Positions 28,250 to 40,900 of a stretch of DNA of 64,000 nucleotides are shown here, piece after piece; position 1 is the stretch's first letter; every line of letters starts with the position of its first letter. This stretch comes from Camelus dromedarius (Eukaryota): the NCBI RefSeq assembly GCF_036321535.1, contig NC_087436.1, forward strand, positions 31,560,001 to 31,624,000, read 5' to 3'. A program made the translations under genes and the position numbers. The notes beneath the pieces were generated by a model that was not told where the DNA came from, did not search any database, and saw only the letters and a list, made by a program, of their open reading frames with translations.

Positions 28250-28680
28250 TCTCCCCCCCCCCCCCCACCGCCCCCCGCCCAATTAAGAGAGAAACGGAGA
28301 AATGAGGAAGTCAGGCCGAAAGTGGGAGTAAACTGAGCCGGCACAAGTTGCAGCTGAAAAATAAGTTGCCACAGAAAAAAAGCCAACAAAGCTGGGAGAA
28401 GGTGAGAGGAATTACCGAGTGAAGAAAGCGCAAACAAGAAGACAACACAGACCGAAGCTTGCCTCAGTCCAACACTCGTGCGCTCCCTTCGCCGAGGTCC
28501 CTGCCGAAGGCCCCGCCCGGGCTCCGCCCCGCTGCCCGCGCGTCCGGGGGAGGGGCTCCAGGGTTGACGCAAAGACGCCTGTGGAAGGGCTGCCGGTGAC
28601 CCTCGGAAGACTTTCCATCCTTCACAGAAGTTTGAGCGGTTTTCTAGAAGGAGAAAGAAGGGTAACCCGGCAGTATTTCA
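28250..28680 (-). promoter_or_regulatory. C4orf33: CpG-rich proximal promoter and probable non-coding first exon of C4orf33 (donor TCG|GTAATT at 28416/28415)
   Basis: CpG cluster with GC boxes (CCCCGCCC ~28511, CTCCGCCCC ~28522) in an AT-rich background. Minus-strand donor lies 5.1 kb upstream of the first coding exon. TSS cannot be determined. Confidence 0.7.
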
Positions 28681-28819
28681 AATGGTGCAACAATTTAAAA
28701 ATCAGCTGTAAATCATTAAGATAACAATAGAATATGTACGGCAATAATTCACTTAATGCAACTAAAGGCTAACCGGCTATATAAGCAAAAACTGTAAATT
28801 ATATTACAGTACTAGGAGG

Positions 28820-29030
28820 CATGAACATAGTGGTTAACATTCTAACATTGGGATCAGATAGCCTGGGTTCAAAATCCCAGTTTAGGCACTTCCCAAATGT
28901 GATCATCAGCAAGTTATTGTAAAAAGGATTTTAAAATAGCACCTACCTTGCAAGGTTTTATGAGGTATAAGTGAGTATGTGTGTTATATACACATATATG
29001 CCTGGTGCATAGTAAGTACTAAAAAAAAGA
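28820..29030 (+). mobile_element. MIR SINE
   Basis: CCTGGGTTCAAAATCCCAG...GCAAGTTA...AATAGCACCTACCT...GCCTGGTGCATAGTAAGTACT. Confidence 0.7.
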
Positions 29031-29785
29031 TTTTCTATTATTATCAAAGTATATAGGTTTGCCTAAAGAAAATATTTTTCTGTTCAAATCATTAAAATTA
29101 CATGTTTCTTAAGTGGTTTTCTTATAGAAAATTAGACTGCGAGACAGGATCGTCTGACCCTTGAGATGAGAAAATATGGTTAAGTGCTCTAGAGATATGG
29201 TTCTGGTTGGCTCAGTCTTAACTATCCTAGCAGTTTAAGCATTTATCAGCCTGCTTTCCTTCATTTAGGGTCTCTTTCACCCAAGACAGTTTGACCTTAC
29301 TGTTTCCATATAGGATTAGAACTAAATTCATAAAATAATCATGTATAAAGTTTTAGACTTTTCAAGAAAAGGTAATAATTTACAGAATTACAATATTTCC
29401 AAATAATATAATCATTCTGTATTTTAGTTGTTCAGAGTTACCAAACTTCTAATAGGATCTAAGGGTTTAATTCAGCAAGGAGTCACTGCACCTGAACTTC
29501 CTAGCTACTGTGAGAAGAGTGTGCATATTCTACATGTTTAGGTAGACACTACGATTTTCTCCCAACTTGCAAAAGTAGATATTACATTGGTGTCTTGCCA
29601 TTATTCAAATATTTTCAGTTGAAGTATTAAGCTAAACCATTTGAAACTTTGGTCAACAATTTCATATGGTTCAGCCTAAAAATATTCTGCTTGTAACATA
29701 CTTCCAAAAACTTTGGGGGGGGGGGGAACAGCTTTTGTGTTTGTTTTAACAAAGCAATTATTTTTGTTTTATAAAAATCACTTTT

Positions 29786-30054
29786 GGTTGGAGACGGAAA
29801 TGGGGAGTTGTTCAGTAGGTATAGTGTTTCAGTCATGCAAGATGAAACAGTTCTAGAGATCTTTTGTATAACAATGTGCATATAGTTAACAATATTGTGT
29901 TCCATACTTTAAAAATTCAGAGTAGACTTCATGTTATATGTCTTCTACTACAATAATTATAATAATAAAAAAAGACAAGCTTAAAAAGAGAAATTTAATT
30001 TCCAGGCCATCCTTCTCTTGGTTGGTCAAATAAACATACTTATTAAGGAATTTT
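29786..30054 (+). mobile_element. 5'-truncated LINE-1 3' end plus ~80 bp of extra 3' sequence, bounded by a 14-bp TSD
   Basis: GGAAATGGGGAGTTG...AGTTCTAGAGATC...ATAGTTAACAATATTGTG; TSD TAAAAATCACTTTT at 29772-29785 and 30055-30068. Confidence 0.8.
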
Positions 30055-31819
30055 TAAAAATCACTTTTCGTGGCACCTAATAATATCAGTCAATGTTAAA
30101 TAAAGTTTAGATCCTAGCTTAAATTTCCAACTTTGTATTCTTCATAATGCTTTCCCTATAGTATTTGGTGCTCAATGTCAATTTATTGCATAAATTAATA
30201 TTAGTGAAATCTATTAATTTTCAAGGGGTTTCCTTACTGCAGAAATATATCTAATATAAAAACATAAATTAGTGACTAGAGAATGTTTAAACACATACTA
30301 AGTACTTTTCTCTCCTTTTCATTCCCTGTACTCAGTTACAGTAATAGTTACTTTCCATGCACATTCACCGAATTCTTCAAATTAATTCCTTCATCAGCTA
30401 CTTATTGAGTGCTCATTGTTTTCCAGGTAGTATGATGTAGCCTGAAGTCAAACTACAAAACAATATGATAGAGACTGCATGTACAAGCACAAAGAAAGTA
30501 ACAAGAAAGCACCTAGCATGGGGTAAGTCGGTAGAGAACACAAAGGGAGCTTTAAACAGGAAAAACACCAGAGGGGATACTTTAAAGACAGGTGGAATCA
30601 TAGCAATTTTGTTTCTTAAAGATGAAAATTACCTTGAAAGTACTTCATTAAAATTCAACCAGTAAAAATCTTGTAACAACAATAAAAAACAAAACCAAAA
30701 CCAAAACACACCACACCTCAGAACCCCAGAACTATAGTTTGTATTGACCTTAATCACATAGGCCAAATAATTCAAATTTCAGATGCTTAATTTATGCAGT
30801 GCAAAGACCACCTCATTATTTACATCCAGAAAGCACTGTTTGTTTTTACCCACACTAATATCTTATCAACTTGTAGCGTAAATATAAAGTTAAGTTTATA
30901 ACTACTTGTTTGGTGCCAAGTTAAATCACACTATGACAACATACAAGGTTCAAATGTAAGGGAAGTTACAAACAAGTCCTTGGAGAATCAAAAAGATTGT
31001 TCATGAAGAAGTCATACACTGACCTTCAAAAAAGAGTTGGAGCTTGCACTCATCAATTTCTCTTTCTAAGAAGTTTTGTGTTAACTTCATGGCCACTAAA
31101 AATCAGATCAAGTTCAATCTTCACTACCTCAGAGTTAAAGTAAGCTTTTTATGGTTATTAGATATACCTCCGTATTTAACAATGAGTCTTTAGAGGAAGG
31201 GACCATCTCATTCTCTTAATAGTGAGTATAGAGAAAACTTGTAACAGCAAATACCTAATTGGACACAGCTGGGCTCATTTTTAAAACTTAACACATTCTG
31301 CTAACATTACTTTCTTTATATAACATTATGAGTACAAGACAACAAAAACTTCTTAAACTGTTAAAGAGGAAGCTAAATCAAGCTACATCTATGACATGTC
31401 TGTTCAGGAACTTTACCTCAATCCATAAAAACATATTCGATTAAAAAAGCACTAAAACTGGTGGCTGGCTTCAAGTTAGTTATTATTGCTAGCACTGAAA
31501 TTTCCCCTAATGTTAACTGTTTAAAGAAAATGATGAGGTTTAAAATCTAGACAAAATCAATTTTTAAAAATGGGAATTATAATCCAGCTGCAATGTAAAG
31601 TTTTACCTAATTTTTTTTCTTGCAAAAAATGTAACTTTGGTCTTTTCTTCTTTTTTGAGGACGCGGTTTTCTCTAAAGAAATAACTGCTGAATTTGCAGG
31701 ACCTTTGGAGTACTGCATGCCTAATTAGCACACAGTTAACTATTTAAACAACAACTGTGTCCCTTCTCCAAAGACTCACGTACTTAGCTTCTGGAGATTA
31801 CTAAATTCACAGAATTTAG

Positions 31820-32900
31820 TGAACAGAATTCACTTGGCAGGTCCCCAGCAAACCCGAAATCTGAAGTTTCTACCCTGAGCGAGGGACTCGGCTGGGACTC
31901 GGTATAAGGAGATAACTAAATTCATACCCAGAAATCCTCCAGAGGGACAGCCTTGGATGTAGACTCTGAAGACGCCAGTCTGGGTTCCGACGCCAGTCTG
32001 GGTTCCAACCCCAGACGCAGAAAGCTGCGTGCTTTCCACCCACCCGCTTTGGCCAGCGGGTTCTCCCAGTCTGAAGTGCTAGGTAACAAAGATACTGGGG
32101 AATTTAAAGTATATATTTAATGCCTTACCTATGTTTACATTTGGGAGGGCTTCTTTAAAAAAAAAAAAAAAGAATAAAAGGGAAAAAAATTACCCCCCCC
32201 ACCCCCGCCCCAGCTTGCCGGCTACCACACAGGTGGCTAAACAGGCTGTCATCCAGGTTCCCAAAGCTCCGCCCCTCGCTTTGCAGGTAGCCAATAGTGT
32301 GAGAGAACTCCAGGAAGTGCGGCGACGCAAGCGCTGACGCCAGCGTGATGGCGCAGGCGGCGTCACTGTCTCCAAGGAGCGGTCTGGGGCACCGGTTTCA
32401 AAGTCGCAGGGCGGGCCGAGTGGACTTCCGCTGCTGGCCTCGGGCTTCCCGGCCGTCCTGAAGTCGCTCGTCGTTCTGCCAAGGACGCCGCCACCGGGCT
32501 GCCCGCCGGCTTCCTCGGCGCTCTCCTGAGTGGCTCGACACGACCCCGAGTGACCCGCGGGACGCATATATCCACCCGCGTCCCTGGTCCCACCTGGCTG
32601 AGATTCGAGTGAACGTGGAACAGAATTCACGTGGCGGGTCCCCAGCAAACCAGAAATTTGTAGTGTCTTTTGAGCGAGGGGTTCGGCTGGGACTCTGGGG
32701 AAGGAGACGCCGCGGGGCTATTGACGCCGCGTGAGTAGGATGCTAATTACACTGCTCTAGTGCCAAACAACCTCCGAAGCGTTGCCTTACTTTTGTTTTC
32801 CCGCACAGCGAGGTTTGTGTCTTTTTGAGAAAAGGTGGTGAATGCTCCAAACTAAAATTGTATCCAAATAGACACAGAAATCGACTTCCCGCGAGAACAA
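31820..32900. promoter_or_regulatory. CpG island; SCLT1 promoter/5'UTR, probably bidirectional with C4orf33
   Basis: High CpG density; GC boxes (~32202, ~32267), CCAAT (32291), ETS-like CAGGAAGTG (32311) and ACTTCCG (32424), TGACG half sites; strong minus-strand donor AG|GTAAGG at ~32128. Confidence 0.85.
31971..32006. repeat. 18-bp perfect tandem duplication
   Basis: GACGCCAGTCTGGGTTCC x2. Confidence 0.92.
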
Positions 32901-32901
32901 A
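32868..32901 (+). CDS. SCLT1: SCLT1 exon 1, segment orthologous to the first 34 coding nt; reads ATA-DTEIDFPREQ (start codon is not ATG, so it may be untranslated)
   Basis: Aligns to recalled human MAAEIDFLREQ; donor A|GTAAGC at 32902; phase 1 matches exon 2. Confidence 0.7.
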
Positions 32902-34059
32902 GTAAGCTCTATATTCCTTGATTGAGAATTCTTAAATGTAATGTTTAATATCGTCATTGTTAACTAATGTTTTCTGAGTGCCTGTTTGGTGCCTAAAAAT
33001 TTGCAAAAACTTTAAAAAGCTGCAGAAAAAGCTTGGTGGTATATATGAGGATGTGTATACACTTTAAAACCGTTTGGTAAATACAGGTTCCTTACGCTTA
33101 TATGGGACTCTGTTACAGGCATGTTTGTTATGCTCCTCGCATGCTCTGGAGAAATTAGAGGGCTAATGGCCAGAATAGTTTCCAGCTGCAGTTAGAACCT
33201 AGAAGCACAGCTCTGGCCATTTGTTCAAAGATTGTTTATTGAGCGCTTCCTGTTTCTGTTACGTGCCAAGCGCTATACAAGCATAGATACTACACGGGTA
33301 AGGAGGACTGTTCTATCCTCCAAGAATTTAATTTGAGGAGGAAAATCTGTAAATTCCATATATATGCTGAAGTGGTAGCAACGACTAACCTTTTTTGCCT
33401 CAGTTTCCTCACAGGGTTGTTGGAATGATTAAATGAGTGTTAAATATATAAAGGATTTATCATAGTGTCCGACACATAGGGCTAAACAAATATTAACAAT
33501 TACAGGGTTATAATTTACTGTGGTCAAGGAAGGTGCCATTTGTGCTGAAACTTGAAATACTAATATGAATTTACTAGGTAAAGAACTGTGTAAGCAGACA
33601 ACACTATTTGCAACACTGAAGGGATTAGGAATATGCTTTGTAAAAAATTTGAAAGAACGTTGGCTTGAATGGAATATGGTGTATATAGGAAACTGGCATG
33701 TGGAGCTGAAAGGGAAGAATTCGGCTAGATGGTGAAGGGCCTCCTCTGCTGTGTGTTAAGGAGTTTGGACCTTTGCACAGGTTTTAGGAATCACTGAAAG
33801 GAATTCAGTTGAGTAACTTGATCAGATTGTGATTTATTTGAAAAGCCCAGCTGGTTTTTATGAGGAACACGCGTTATAGCAGAGTGCAGTTAGGTGACTG
33901 TTGTCATTATCCAGGTAAGAAGTAAACTAAGGTAGGTACAGAGAAACTGGAGATGAGGGATTTTACAAAAGAGGTAGAGGACACCTCAGGTTTTTGGCTT
34001 GCTTGAGGAACAGGGGGAGTAGGAAAAAAGTAGTAAGTTCCATTTTGGAAGCATTATAG

Positions 34060-34300
34060 GCCAGTGGTTAAGAACTTAACCTCTGGATTCAGTCAGCCTG
34101 GGCTCATATTTTAGCTTTGTCTCTTTCCAGGTCTTTGACCTTGGGCAAGTTACTTAGCTGCTTCTCCGTGTCTGTTTTCTCATTTGTAAAATGGGTATAA
34201 TAGCACAACAACCCTTAAGGGTTTATTGTGAGGATTAAGATGATGCAAATAAAGCACTTAGGATGGTGCTTAGCACATATTAAGTGCACAGTGTATATTA
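34060..34300 (+). mobile_element. MIR SINE
   Basis: TGACCTTGGGCAAGTTACTT...TTTTCTCATTTGTAAAATGGG...GTGAGGATTAA. Confidence 0.8.
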
Positions 34301-36289
34301 TCTAAAATCATTAATGACCCTATATTGATAACATTAGGATTATTTCTTAGGTTTCTTAGGTTTGAAATGGAAATACCCTTTTCCAATAAAGAGGATTAAC
34401 TGGCCACCATCTGTGTGGTGTGGGAGAATTGGTGCTGAGGAGTTTGGTTGGGGTGGGGAGTAAAAACTATGTTTCAGAGGAATGCATCAGCCAGAATTCT
34501 TAAAACTGAAATCCAAATACCAGAGAGAATGGTAGAAGCATTGTAAATTATTTTTTGAAAAATGAGTGGTAGTTCACCAGAAGACAAATGAGTGGAAGAA
34601 GGGAGTCCTTACATGGAGGGAGCGGAAGAAACAAAGGCTTGGAGGCTTAAAATAACTGCTTATTCAGGAAATTGGAGTACAGAATGGTAAGATTTTCATG
34701 AAGAGATGATAATGAGTTTTGGATGTCTGTGAACCTCCCCCTTTTTCCTTTAACTGGATCTCACATGCCAGTTACAGCTAGTGGATGACCTCCACATTAG
34801 TTGACCTGCTAAACACCAGCTCAGGTAAATATAGATCGATTGCCTTTCTCCCACCTACCTGTGTATTCTCTGCGTTGACTTCTATTCCTTTTTGAGCCTC
34901 TTTTCATTTGTTCTAGCATTTGCAGGACACCATTCTTCCCTCTCCATCTGGGAAGTGAGATCTGATAGTCCTTAGGGACCTGTTCGAAGAGAGACTTGTA
35001 TATCAAGCTAAGGAATGAAGAATTCATTCTTGTAGTGGGGATTATGAGCATTGGGGATGGACTCTTTTGTTTTCCTTTTTATTCTCTTAAGAGTGTCTTT
35101 TACAGAGCAGAAGTTTTTAATTTTAATGAAGTTCAATTCATCAATTTATTCTTTAATGAATGTGCCATATATAAGAAATTTTTACCTTACCCAGGGCTGT
35201 AAAGATTTACCTCTGTGCGCTTTTCTACAAGTTTTGTAGTTTTAGATTTTACATTAAATGTTTTTTTCTTGTGTCTTTTTCTGGTTTTGGTATCAGGTAA
35301 TGTTGGCTTAATGGAAAATATTTTGCCCTCTTCAGTTTTCTGGGATACATTTGTGTAGAATTGGTATTATTTCTTCCTTAAATGTTGGTAGAATTTACCA
35401 GTGAAGCCAATTGGTTCCCTTTGTAGGAAGATTTTAAACTACAGATTCAACTTCTTTAATAGAGAGTTATTCAGTACTCTGTTGTGCAAGAAAGACCCTT
35501 TACAGGTGGTATATATATGGAGTTCTCTCTCTGTGCAGCTTTCTCTCTTATTCTTTGCCCTGCCAATTCTAGTTTAATTGTTTTCCACTGAGTCTCAACT
35601 TCGTCTCCTTAACTCGGAGAGTCTGCTGATCTCTGCTGCATTTTCCCCCTCTGTTCTACGGCCTGAAATGTCTCTCAGGTCATTAAGCTGGGGTGATCCT
35701 TAGGGCTCATCTCATTTGTTTTGTGTCTGTCATTATCATTGTCTGATGTCTCCTGTCTTGCAAACCCTTGTTTCAATTGTTTGTTTTTTGGTTGTGTCAG
35801 GTGGGAAAGTGGTTCTTGTTAACTTTATCTTGAGCGTGAAAATCCTATTCAAATTGACCTCCTTTTGAAACACAAATATCTTACTCCCACTGTAACTGTT
35901 CTTTGACTTCATCAAGACCTCTATTTGTTGAACCCTTCATTTTCTACCATTTCCTTAACTCTTTCCCAGCTTGTGTTTTACTACTTTCTTACACAGACTG
36001 TAACAGTTGCCCACTGGTCCATCTGCTTTCTTGTTAGTAGTATGACTATGCCCCTGCTTTTCTGTAGCACATGTCCAGTAACACCTTATACCTAGTTGCC
36101 TTTCAGTTCTCATACCCAACTGTTAATAACCATAGATAAAAACCTCCTAGATAAGTACCACCACAAATTCAAGGTTAATTCATAGCTAGTAAGTAACTGA
36201 GCTGGGACTTGAACCCAGGCAGTCAAGTTCCAGTGTCTGTTCTTAACTACTACCCGGCAAAGACACTTGCATGAAAGAAAACTTATAAG

Positions 36290-37350
36290 CCTGTTTCACT
36301 TATGCACATAGAAACTAAAATCTTAAATAAAATATTAATAAGTTGAATCCAGCAATGAATATAAATTGTGTATAGATACCTATATAAACATACAGTCATC
36401 TTCATATTGGGTTCATCCTAGCAATGAAAGGGTAGTTATAAAATTATTAGAAAATTAAATACATAAGAGAAGACCTAGATTAATGGAGAAACATCAAATT
36501 TATGAATTTGAGCGCTCAATATAGTAGACATAAATGTGTCAGTTATCTCATAAATTAATGAGTAGATTGAATGCAATGCCAAACCTAGTTTTGACAACAT
36601 GGTTCTAAAATCTATGTGGAAGAGCTAAGAATAACCAAAAGGGTTTTAAAGAACATCAAGATGGGAAATTTTATTTTACTATTAAGACTTATTATAAACA
36701 TACAATTTTTAAATCAATATTATATTGGCAGTTAAATATATAGATCAGTTAGCACAGAAACAAACACACGTATCCACGAACATCTGAAAGAACAAACAAC
36801 ACAAATCTAGACTGTTCAGCAAATGATGCTAGGATAATTGGCTTTCCAAACGAGATAGTAAAAATAATAAAGATATCTTTCTGACATCTTTCTCACGCCA
36901 TATAGAAAAATCATCTCCAGGTTGATTGAAGGAATAAATTCTCTTAAACTTACAGAAAAAAATTTAACAGGGTGTCTTTATGATCTCAGGATAGAAGATT
37001 TCTTCAATAAACATTTTTGACTGAAAGGAAAATATGTATGAATAGATTACACTAGAAATAAAAACTTGGATATCACAACATCATCAATATAATGACTAGC
37101 CCATCCACAGAAAGGGAGAATATATTTACAGTAAACATGACCAAGAGTTGATTACCATCCAGAATTTAAAGAGATCTTTCACAAACAAAAACACATTCAT
37201 ACTAATAGAAAAATGGTTTTTTTACAAAAAAAAAATAAAACCTGGAGAGGCCATTTACAAAAAATAAAACCTGGAGAGCTACTAAAAATATGAAAAGGTG
37301 TCACTCTCATCAGTAATTCAGAAAACGCAAATTAAACAATGAGATAAGTG
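36290..37350 (+). mobile_element. Old LINE-1 ORF2 fragments
   Basis: Degenerate L1 ORF2 motifs (TTCTAAAATCTATGTGGAAGAGC; AAATGATGCTAGGATAATTGG); contains a short direct duplication at ~37221-37278. Confidence 0.6.
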
Positions 37351-37919
37351 CTTGTTGAATAAAGGAAATACTAGATTTAAATTACAGTAAAACTCTGCTG
37401 ATTAAAGTCAGTGTATGAAGATTTTGTTTTCTTCATTAATGCACAATTGACTTCTTAACCTTGTTTAATTACTGAGAACTCAGATTTAGTATTTCTTCTT
37501 ATTTGAAAAATGTATCAGAAAAAGTAGTAGTTTGTATTGGAATTATTATATCCCTGACCATATCTCCAGTCTCCTTTTGAGACTGAAGAGTAATAAGCAG
37601 AAACTAGATCCTAATTTTAGAGCTGTGTCGAGCAACTTTCTTAAAAGTTCTGAGGATAACAAAAAAGGATAATTCCTTTTAAACTCAATAAAAAGTTAAA
37701 AATTATTTAAATTATTTATTTTTATAATTACTTATTCCTTTATCAGACTCACGTGTATCTGTCATATTTCTCCACTAAATTATGTGTGCTTTCAAGGAAG
37801 AAACTTATCTGAAGGTAACAATGTAGAATATGTACACTATCTGTGTGTACGTGATATATGTTTGTTTACTGATATATATAGTTAATGTGTATGTGCATAT
37901 ATATGTATATTTGCTTATA

Positions 37920-40900
37920 TATAACATATGCAGAAAAGTAGAGAAAACAAATATAAAACTAATAGAATTGTTACAAATCTCAAAACTCTTAACCACAACC
38001 CAGATCAAAAAATAAAATGTTGCTAAGACCTTAGAAGCCCTGTTGTAATCATAACCTCTCCCCCATCTCCAAAGATACTCAAAGATAACCAGTATTTTTA
38101 ATTTTACCCTGTGATTTAGTTTTGCCTCTGTTTGAAATTTATATAAATGGAATCATAAACAGAATCATAAATTGTGTATCCTTCCATGTTTGGCTTCTTT
38201 CATTCAGTATTACGTTTTTGAGATTTATTCATATTCTTGCTTGTAGATGTAATATGCTCATTTTCATTGCTGTAGAATAATCAGTTTATAAATTTATCAC
38301 TTTTATCCATTTTTCTTTTGATATTTTCAGTTGTTTCCAGTTTGGGGGGCCATTGAAAATAGTGTTTTTATCAATATATTTTGTCATGTCCTTTAGAGCT
38401 CAAGTGCCCACATTTTGGTTGGGTATATTCCTAGGAATTATGTGTTTGTTTAATCTTAAAGTTGTACTAATTTACACTCTGACTAGCAGTGTATGGGAGC
38501 TTTCTTTATTCCATGTTGTCAACATTTGTTTTTTAATCTTAGCTCTTTATTATAATTTTAGTTTGTATTTTCCTGATATCTGAGGTTGAGCAGCTTTTCT
38601 ATGTTTATTGACCACCTGAGTAAACTTTTTGTGAAGTACTCATTCAAGTCTTGCTTTTAGGAGTGTCTGCCTTCTAATTGATAAACGTTCTTTGTATATT
38701 CTAGAAATAAGCCCTTTGTCAGTTATATGTGTTGGAAATATCTTCTCCATGTTTGTAGCTAGCATTTTTACTCTCTTAACAGTCTCTTTTTTGATGATCA
38801 GAAGTTCTTAATTTTAATGTGGTCCAGTTTATCATATTTTTCTTTTATGGTTAGTGCTTTTTGTGTTTTGATTTAAAAATACCTTTTTCTCCTGTAAGGC
38901 TATAAAGATACTCTCTGTTCTCATCTAGAATGTATTGTTTTGGCATCCACAGTTAGATTGCCAATTCACATAGAATTGATTTTTATGGATGATGTTTTGT
39001 TCTTTTCCGTGAGGCTATCCAGTTGACCCAGAACCACTTACAAAAAGTCCTTCCCCCCTCACAGCTCTGGAGTGCCCCTTTGATCACAATATATATATGT
39101 ATTTTCCTGGATTCTGGATTCTCTTCAATTGCTCAGTTTTGTTCATCCTTATATGACTATCACCCAATCTAAATGACTATAGCTTTAAAATAAATCTTGG
39201 TATCTTGTTGAACAAGTCTTCCCCTCTGTTCTTCTTTGGCAAATGTATTAGCTATTCTCATTACATTTCCGCCATATTTCATTTTATTTTTTATTTTTAT
39301 TTTTTGAGTAGGGTATCTCATTGGTATTTTAATTTACTTCTCCATAATGCACAATGCATATCCTTTTCCAGTAATTCCCCAATGTTGATCAATTTATACA
39401 TACTTAGTTCACATTTATGTATAATTTTCAGTAAGGTAGTACTCATGTTGACCTATTTGTTTTAATTTGGGTTTGTTTTCTTATTGTGGAGATTTTCTAG
39501 TTCTTTGAGTATTTTGCATGCAAATCTTTCTTCATTTATGTGTTTTGAAGGCATATTCTCCTAGTTAGGGGCTTGTCTTACCATTCTTTGAACATTGTCT
39601 TTCACAGAGTGGACATTTTAAATTTAATAAAGTACATGTTATCAATGTTCTTCTTTCCTGGATTGTGCTTTTTGTGTTGTGTGTGAAAACTAATTATCAA
39701 ACTATAACTCACGTAGATTTTCGCCTACTGTCATTTTTGTAGTCTTTTTTTTTTTTATATTTAAGACAATGAATGATTTTGAGTGAACTGATGTCTAAGG
39801 GGCAGAGTTTTTGTCTTTATTTATTTCCTTATGGTCATCCGTTTGTAGCATCATCATTTGTTGAAGATGACTAAAGACTAAAAGTTGATCTTTTCTGTGT
39901 TGATGTTCCTTTATTCCTTTGACCAAGGTCAAGTTGTCTGTATTTGCATAGATCTATTAGTAGAGTCTCTATTGTGTTCCATTTATCTGTTATTTGTCTG
40001 TTTGTTTAACATTCTGTTCTCTCTTGATTATTTTAGGTTTATAGTAAATCTTGAAATTGGAAAATGTGAGTTCATTAACTTCTTCATCGGTGTTGTCTAG
40101 ACTACTCAATGCCGTGTTTAAACAAGTTTGTTGATATCTACAAAATGGCTTGCTGAGATTTTTTTATTGGGCTTGCACCGGATCTGTAAATCATTTTAAG
40201 AAGCATTGATTCTATTCTTATCTTGTGGTTGGCTTTATTCCTTTGATAACTATGTAAGTTTAAAAAGCTAAAGCTCGGAACTGTTCTTAGAAACAATGAA
40301 CAGTACATATATGTAAATTTAAAAAAAAGAAATATCCAGAAAAAAAGAAGCATTGACATCTTAATAATATTGTGGCTTTTGATCATGAGCAAGGAATATA
40401 TCTCAATTGGTTTTTCTTTCATTGCTTTCAAGAAGGTTTCATGTCTTTTTTTCTTTTTAAAAAAACTTTATTCTAAGTTTATTTTTTTAAAAAGATCCAG
40501 TTCATCCATCTCCCTGCCCCCACCCTCCACTTCTTACCCCAACCAATCTGTTTTCTGAATTGATGAGCTTGGTTCCTTCATTCCCTTTCCTTCCTTTTAC
40601 TCTTTCCCTTCCCTTCTCTTCCCTTCCCCTACCTTTCTTTCTTTTCTTTTTTTCCTTTTTTTTTTTTTTAACATGTGGAATCATGTAAGAGAAATCATGT
40701 CTTTCTGTTACTTATTTCATTTAGCTAATGCTCTTGAGGTCCATCCATATTGTCACAGGTGGCAAATTATTTTTTATGGCTGAGTAATATTCCATTGTAT
40801 ACATACCATAGTTTCTTTATCCATTCATCCAACAATGGACCCTTAGGTTGTTTCCATATCTTGGCTGTTGTAAATAATGCTGCAGTGAACATGGGGGTGC

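Noticed and set aside
32348..32461. Strong-context ATG (37-aa ORF) as an alternative SCLT1 start
   Set aside because: It terminates at TGA 32459-32461 with no evident donor, and may lie at or upstream of the TSS.
32190..32648. 152-aa minus-strand ORF and other ORFs in the CpG islands (e.g. 28228-28572, 28419-28724)
   Set aside because: Expected from stop-codon scarcity in GC-rich DNA; low-complexity translations with no recognisable homology.
40560..40670. Pyrimidine tract, and the purine tract at ~16830-17030
   Set aside because: Ordinary low-complexity sequence with no supporting structure.
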